Part shown: positions 57,501-64,000 of the stretch, in pieces
Numbering within the stretch: the first letter of the stretch is position 1
How the letters are laid out: each line of letters starts with the position of its first letter
DNA from: the human T2T-CHM13v2.0 reference genome, Homo sapiens
DNA length: 64,000 bases
Assembly: GCF_009914755.1 (NCBI RefSeq)
Contig: NC_060935.1
Strand: one strand, 5' to 3'
Notes under the pieces: model-generated
Databases searched by the model: none
The model's input: only the letters and a program-made list of their open reading frames with translations
Told to the model about the DNA's origin: nothing
Program-made: the position numbers and the translations under genes

Positions 57501-57783
57501 TGGGGATGATGTCAAGATCAAATGTGTGGGAGAAACAGAGGTCAAAGAGCATTGACTTCCTCCACCTACCACCTAGAATAGGATTCTCTGAGGTCTGAGG
57601 CATGGAGAGTGAAGAGCAGATAATGATGAGAACAGACAGAATGAGGGGTTCAAGAGCCAGGTTCCCTTCTTTCTGGGCAGTAGGTAGCAATACCCCAAAG
57701 CAGGAGGTAGCAATACCCCAAAGAGGAGATGGCTTCGTGCAGGGTCTAGGCACACCAGTTCATTGCCTCTTAAAGATTTCTGG

Positions 57784-57904
57784 TGTGAACCTGGGAGGCG
57801 AAGCTTGCAGTGAGCCGAGATCGCGACGCTGCACTCCTGCCTGGGCGACAGAGCAAGACTCCGGCTCAAAAACAAACAAACAAACAAACAAACAAAAACC
57901 AAAC
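57784..57904 (+). mobile_element. 5'-truncated AluY with (AAAC)n tail
   Basis: Perfect TSD AAGATTTCTGG (57773-57783, 57905-57915); CpG-rich. Confidence 0.92.
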
Positions 57905-58642
57905 AAGATTTCTGGCCCTCAAGCTATGCAGCAAAATATCTCTGTGAGCCTCCAGTTCTAAAAGGCCATGCTGCAAGCCAAATACTCTCTCAGGGTAACT
58001 CAATGGGAACAGATGGCTCAGGGACCAGAAGGCTCACCCTCCCTCAATGTACTGCTAAAGGCACTAAGTAAATCCCAACAGGGTCTTTGTCTCAACCCCC
58101 GGGAAGAAGAGAGAAACCAATAATAATCGGAGAGTGTTACCCTTAGCCTGCTAGTACAAAGATAAAACATCAAATTGAGTTAGAGGAAATGTTATTTTTC
58201 TAGATCAATGCAGTCTATGGACTGAGATTCATAGATCTACTATACACATAAACACATGTAAAACTACTTAACACATAAAATGTTACCTATATTATTAGCA
58301 ATGTAATATTATCAGTGAGTTGAAAGTCAGCTACAAAATCTGAATGTCAATTGACCTCCACGTGGTTATCTTATGTCCAGATGGAAAAACGTTGGTTCAA
58401 CTCATTGTCTTTTTAAAATCCATTCTTAAAAGAGAAAATATTAATTAAAGATTCATTGTCACTTTAGGAGAAAGAGAAAAGAAGAAGGTGGAGTAAGTGT
58501 CTAGCTTTATTCCACAGGAATTTGTCCTCGTCTCTGCTTCATTCAGCACTCTGACAATTCCCTGGCAAAGTGTAGAATGTATATGCATCTCCATTAGATT
58601 TTTTCGTCTGCTAGATTTGACTATTTGTTTCAACTACGCTCC

Positions 58643-58811
58643 TTTTTTTTTTTTTTTTTTTTAAGAGATGGAGTCTTGCTCTGTTATCCACCCTGGGGTG
58701 CAATGGCACAGTCATAGCTTACTGTAATCTTGAACTCCTGGGCACAAGTGATCCTCCCACCTCAGCCTCCCAAAGTGCTGAGATTACAAGTGTGAGCCAC
58801 TGTGCACAGCC
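58643..58811 (-). mobile_element. Alu monomer (FAM/FRAM-like)
   Basis: ~150-bp monomer with polyT; degenerate TSD caa(c/t)ta(c/t)gct(c/a)ctttt. Confidence 0.8.
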
Positions 58812-60489
58812 CAATTATGCTACTTTTGAGTATTAATTAAGACAACTGAGATTCTGGCTGCCCACCCAACATCACATTATGCTAAATTTAAGCACCATAT
58901 GAATGTACTTCTTTAATAACTTCTTTACTATTTTCCTTGTTCTTCCACTTTACTATTTCTGCAAACCTCCTAATATAGACCATTCAGTCTATCTCCCTTT
59001 TCCTCTCCTACACCCTGCTAGCTCAGCATGAGCTGCTGGAGAAAACTCCCACATCAGTGCAGATTGGTGTCACAACCGAAGCAAGGCTTCCAAATGCAGC
59101 TGGCCATCAGCATTTCACAGGAATGGCTCTCCTCCCTTGGCCAGTGGCATCACTCTCTCCTGATTCTCCTCCTACCTCCCCGCTTTTTGTTTCTCTGTCT
59201 TCTTTATAAGCTCTTTTTCTTCTTTTCTTAGATATTCATTCTTCCTGCGTTCTGGCTGGGGCGCTCATTCAACATGCCCCTCCTGGGAAATCTTAGGCAT
59301 TGTGATAACTTTGACAATCTATACAAGCTAATGATTCCCAGATCCTTATCTCCAGCCTAGGGCCTTCTGAGCTCTGTGTCTGTAAGTTAATAGACATCTC
59401 TAGCTACATCATTAACACATTTTAAACACAAGTCCTAAAATTAACTCATTTTCTATTATCTCATCCAGCAACTCCTGTATTTCCAATTTTGAAAAAGCCC
59501 ATCTTTTTGTGTGGGCATGTGTATACTTGGTTTGATCTCTGTTCCATTCTTTCCGGAATGTTTGATTGTATCCCATGTTCATTAACAGGTGAACATATTG
59601 GCTGTTTCTCCAATAAAAAATGAAACAGACCATGTGTCTGCACCTAACTAGTATTCAATAAATGGTTGCTGAATAAGTGAATCATTTCCATGATCCACTA
59701 GTTTAATAATCTTATCAAAAAAGACAATAAGTATACTGATAAAACTTTCATTTAAGAACCAATGACCCCAATTATACTCATTATTTTCCTTTCCTAAATG
59801 CTGATGATCAATTCATTTACTATTTCACTTGGGGTACACATCAAGCTTATTGGTTTATAATTCATAAAGTCATGAGAATGAGTAGACACTTCCTCTTCTT
59901 TCTTTTGGAAATCAGAATTAAAATGGGTCTCTGTGGTTGTAAGGGAACATGCTCATGCTCTGTAATTCCTCATCGATTGTCATTTATGTTTCCACAACCT
60001 TACCTGCCCTTTCTTCCAGGAACCAATGACCTGGTTTATACAAACATGGCTAATATGAACTCATTTGGATAGCTCTTTGTGATTCTTAGATAAATCTAAG
60101 AATTTAGATTCCTCTTACTAATATTTATTTTTCCCTTCTGACTGAAAATACTTCTCTTTGACCAAGAAGAAAAAAATTCAAACACCAATTCAATATTTCT
60201 CGAATTTTTTTCCTATTGTCTATTAACATTAATTTTCCTTAATCAATATTCTTTCCTTATTTTTCTAACTCTAAAAATGACTGTGAGACTCCACTTTTGT
60301 TGTCCTTTGTGCTTTTTGCAAACCTCTACTCATTCTGGGTTTTAACTTTCCTGACTCGGCTTTTCCAGTTTCCCAACTCAGCTTTTCCAGTTTCCTGACT
60401 CCATTTCTGCTTAGTTCCTTTCCTCTCCTTCCAGCTCACGGTTGCATTATTCTAAAATTAGTATTAAAATGCCAATAAATGCCTTGACA

Positions 60490-60710
60490 AATAATAGTTA
60501 TTGAGCATTTATTATGTGCGAGACACATCACATTCAATTTTTTAATTTTACCATAACCCAGTGGAATAGTTATTACTAAGATCCCTATATTATACATGAG
60601 GAAATGAGACTTAATGAGATTCAGAAGTTTCCCAGTGTCACAGAGCTAGTAAACTACAGATCCAGAGGCTTAAGCCCAGGTCTGAATGACTAAAAGCCAA
60701 GACCCTACTG
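60490..60710 (-). mobile_element. MIR
   Basis: tacatgaggaaatgagacttaatgag...gtcacagagctagtaa...cccaggtctg. Confidence 0.8.
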
Positions 60711-61047
60711 TCCAAGTTTAGTCTTCTTCTGTGTGAAAAGTACCATAACACTGAGCTCACAAACTCAAAGGGTCCAGAAGCCATGTACTAAAATAGGAAA
60801 TGCACATGGGTGAAGAGGGCCAAGTGTTTGCATAGCAAACACGTTGGAATATTCTTTCCTTCCACAAACATATTTTTTCCTTTTTTTGTTATCTTCACAC
60901 TTTCAAGATAAATACATAGGGAAAAATATTCTCTAATTATGCAAAAAGTAATAATGTGAGTTTGATAAATGGCAGTGGATATTCAGGTTAAGGTAATCAA
61001 CAAGAAGTAGGGGCACTGCTGTGAACAGAAAAGCATAGTCCCCACTT

Positions 61048-61240
61048 CAGTGGTTCTCAAGGTGTGGACTCTGACTCTGACCAGCAGCATCAGCATCATC
61101 TGGGAGCCTGTTAGAAATGCTAATTTCGGGGCCCCATCCCAGACCTACTGAATGAGAAATTCTAGGGTGGGGCCCAGAAAACTATGGCTTAACAAGCCCC
61201 CCAGGTGATTTTGATGCACACTCAGGATTGAGAAACACTG
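61048..61240. mobile_element. MER5A MITE (possibly nested in an older Charlie element, ~60750-61470)
   Basis: TIRs cagtggttctcaa / ttgagaaacactg. Confidence 0.9.
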
Positions 61241-61738
61241 CCGTACCTAAAGGGAATACCTCCCGCTCCTCTCCAGCTGATTGTTTCCATGTGGGGAGTA
61301 TGGATCTTAGGTCATCAGTGCCTCCATGTTCAAAGGGAAGCAGAAGTCTCCATTATTTTAATTCTCCCAATTATTAAATACTGCTTCAAATGTTTTTAAT
61401 ATGCAATAGATGAAACAAAACACATGTAGGCTACTTCTGGCCTATAGACCATTCAGTAAATGACCACTGAACAGAACCTAAGTTATATTAAACATTAGAA
61501 TTATTTTACTAGTAACTACTTATGGAAATATCAATTAATTGGCAAATGAAGGAAAGTCTCCTTTTCATTATAACCACTTGTTGTTTGGGAGAGCAATCTG
61601 CCCACCTTATAATAACATTTGATAGAGTTTAAATGTTTTGATCAAGGTTTTTTTTTTTACCCTGCCTGGAATTTTCAAGATATGATTCATGTTTGTATTG
61701 TAATTTTAAGTATTATGAACTAAAACATTAGCTCTAAG

Positions 61739-62489
61739 TGATATGGACAGGAGGCAGGGAAATGCTGGGTAGAAAAGGATTGTTCCCCAGCAAAGGCCCC
61801 AACTTCAAGCCTGGAAACCCGAGGCCCTAAATGAGAACAGGCATTCCTGTTTTTGCACCCAAAAGTTGCCTTTTGGCCCACCACACTCCCTATCCTGTAC
61901 CCATATAAACCCCAAACTCCAGGCTCCATGAGCAGATGAACAGAAGAGCAGAAGAGCAGCAGAATGGTGGAGCAGAGAAAAGAGGAGATGGAGCATCTGA
62001 ACATCGAGAGGAGTTTGGCTGGGGCTGGTTGGAGAGGATATCGGCTGCTAGATGGCCAAACTCCAGGGAAAGATCATCTTCCCACTCCATCCCCTTTCCA
62101 GCTCCCCATCCATCCCACTGAGAGCCCCCTCCACTACTCATAAACCCCCCACATTCACCAACCTTCAAGTCCATGTGTGACCTGACTCTTCCTGGATGCC
62201 AGACAAGAACCCAGGTACCAAGGGGTCACTGAGCTGGTTAACACTTAAGCCACAGACAGCAGAGCTAAAAGAGCACTGTAGCACACCCACTGGGGCTTTG
62301 CGAGTCAGAGGCACCAACCACTAGATGCTACCATGGGGCCAGAGCTCAAAAGCACTCGCTCCAGCTCCTGCACCTACCTGTCTCTGTGCTCTCCATCCCG
62401 TAAGGGGTTTGAGTGCACAGCGGCCAAACAGATGAGCCACACCCCTGTTGCATGTCCTGCAAGGGGGGTCAGGGAACTCTCCTGTTTCA
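61739..62489 (+). mobile_element. MER50-like ERV1 solo LTR (copy 2)
   Basis: tgatatggacaggaggcagggaaatgctggg...gggaactctcctgtttca; perfect TSD TAAG. Confidence 0.85.
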
Positions 62490-63465
62490 TAAGATTTAAA
62501 TGGCAGCTCATAAACTAACATATTTTATGAAACTTTTTTTCATTTTAATAATGCGGTGTGTATGTGTGTATGTATAGGATATGCTGAAGACTTTCAAATC
62601 AAATAAATCTAGTTCTATGTTTTAATCAGCCTGTGAAAGGCCTCTATCCAATGTTTTATGATTTTGAGCTTTAATCATAGATGAATACCTCTGAGAACCT
62701 GCCAATACAAGAATATTGCCCGTGGATCAAGCAGAGTTTGGGTCAAAGTGTTTCAGGAAAAGGAGCATCATGCATGAAGGTCCCAACATGGTACGGTTGG
62801 CGTATTTGAGAATGGAAATAAGATCACTGTAAAGAACAGCCCAGTATGAGGTTGCAGAAGTACAGAGAGCCCAGATTGTAGAAGGCCTTGTAGACTTCAG
62901 TAAGGACTGGGGTATTTATTGTAAGGACAATGAGAAACCACTGACAGATTTCAAAACAGCCATGATTCCCTAAACATTTAATCATTAAAAGATCAGTTTG
63001 GTTATATTATGGAGACTCAATGAGAAAGAGTAGATATAAAGCAGATCAGTTAGAAAGTTATTCCAGGAGTCCTGTTGGGATGTGGTGCCGTGTTGGTGGT
63101 AATAAAAATAAAGACAATTTCACAGATTTAATAAGTGCATGGGAAGTCAAATTGATATGGTTATTGTGGTTACTGATCAGACTTCAATAAACCAAAAGGC
63201 CGTGGTGCCAAGGGCCATCCCTAGAGCCAGCCTGTAGCATTCATGCCCCAGCCTGCTCTGACTACAAAGCTGATGCTCTATAAAAATCCAGTCTTCTTCC
63301 AGCTCCCTCAATCCATGCCTGGGCCAAGCTCCAGATTCACAGGCCTTGTGCTCTACATTTGCATGTGTGTATACTAGACTAAAGCAACTGCCACCTATAA
63401 CTTCAATCCTATGTGAAATTGTGCTGAGTTCCAAAACAATCAACTTCTGGAAAGTGACCTCTTTA

Positions 63466-63778
<313 letters not shown>

Positions 63779-64000
63779 TGATAAATATTCCTTCCCCTTT
63801 GTTTACTGTCTGAGAGTCTCAGATTTAGAGCCCCAATCTGTCTTCTCAATTATAAATTCTGATAAAGTCTGAACCCCTAAAATTAATCTTTCTATATCTC
63901 ATTTCCCTTATGAGAGCAAGCCACATTAACACAATTTGGTCACACTGACCTAATAAAGGTCTTTTTGCCCATCAGTGAAAATCTGAGACATAGCGTTGAT

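Overview
This is primate (human-like) nuclear DNA: AT-rich, CpG-poor and dominated by interspersed repeats (AluJ/S/Y, L1PA3, old L1M, L2, L3, MIR, MaLR, ERV1 and ERVL LTRs, hAT-Charlie MITEs). I recognise no host protein-coding exon, RNA gene, CpG island or CRISPR-like array. Nearly all listed ORFs are chance or repeat-derived. The real coding remnants are a decayed but structurally complete HERV-L provirus (45852-52589; MLT2A2-type LTRs, GGTTC target duplication, gag-pro-RT-RNaseH-IN-dUTPase, no env) and L1 ORF2 fragments. The most notable observations: the HERV-L sits inside an MLT1G-like MaLR provirus that itself sits in an old L1; an inverted local self-duplication inside an L1MA; an unexplained ~270-bp insert with overlapping inverted repeats; divergent CTCF-like sites flanking a unique island with a candidate 5' exon; and several candidate non-coding exons. 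Subfamily names come from recalled consensus sequences and need RepeatMasker/Dfam confirmation. The sequence does not support a new biological system.
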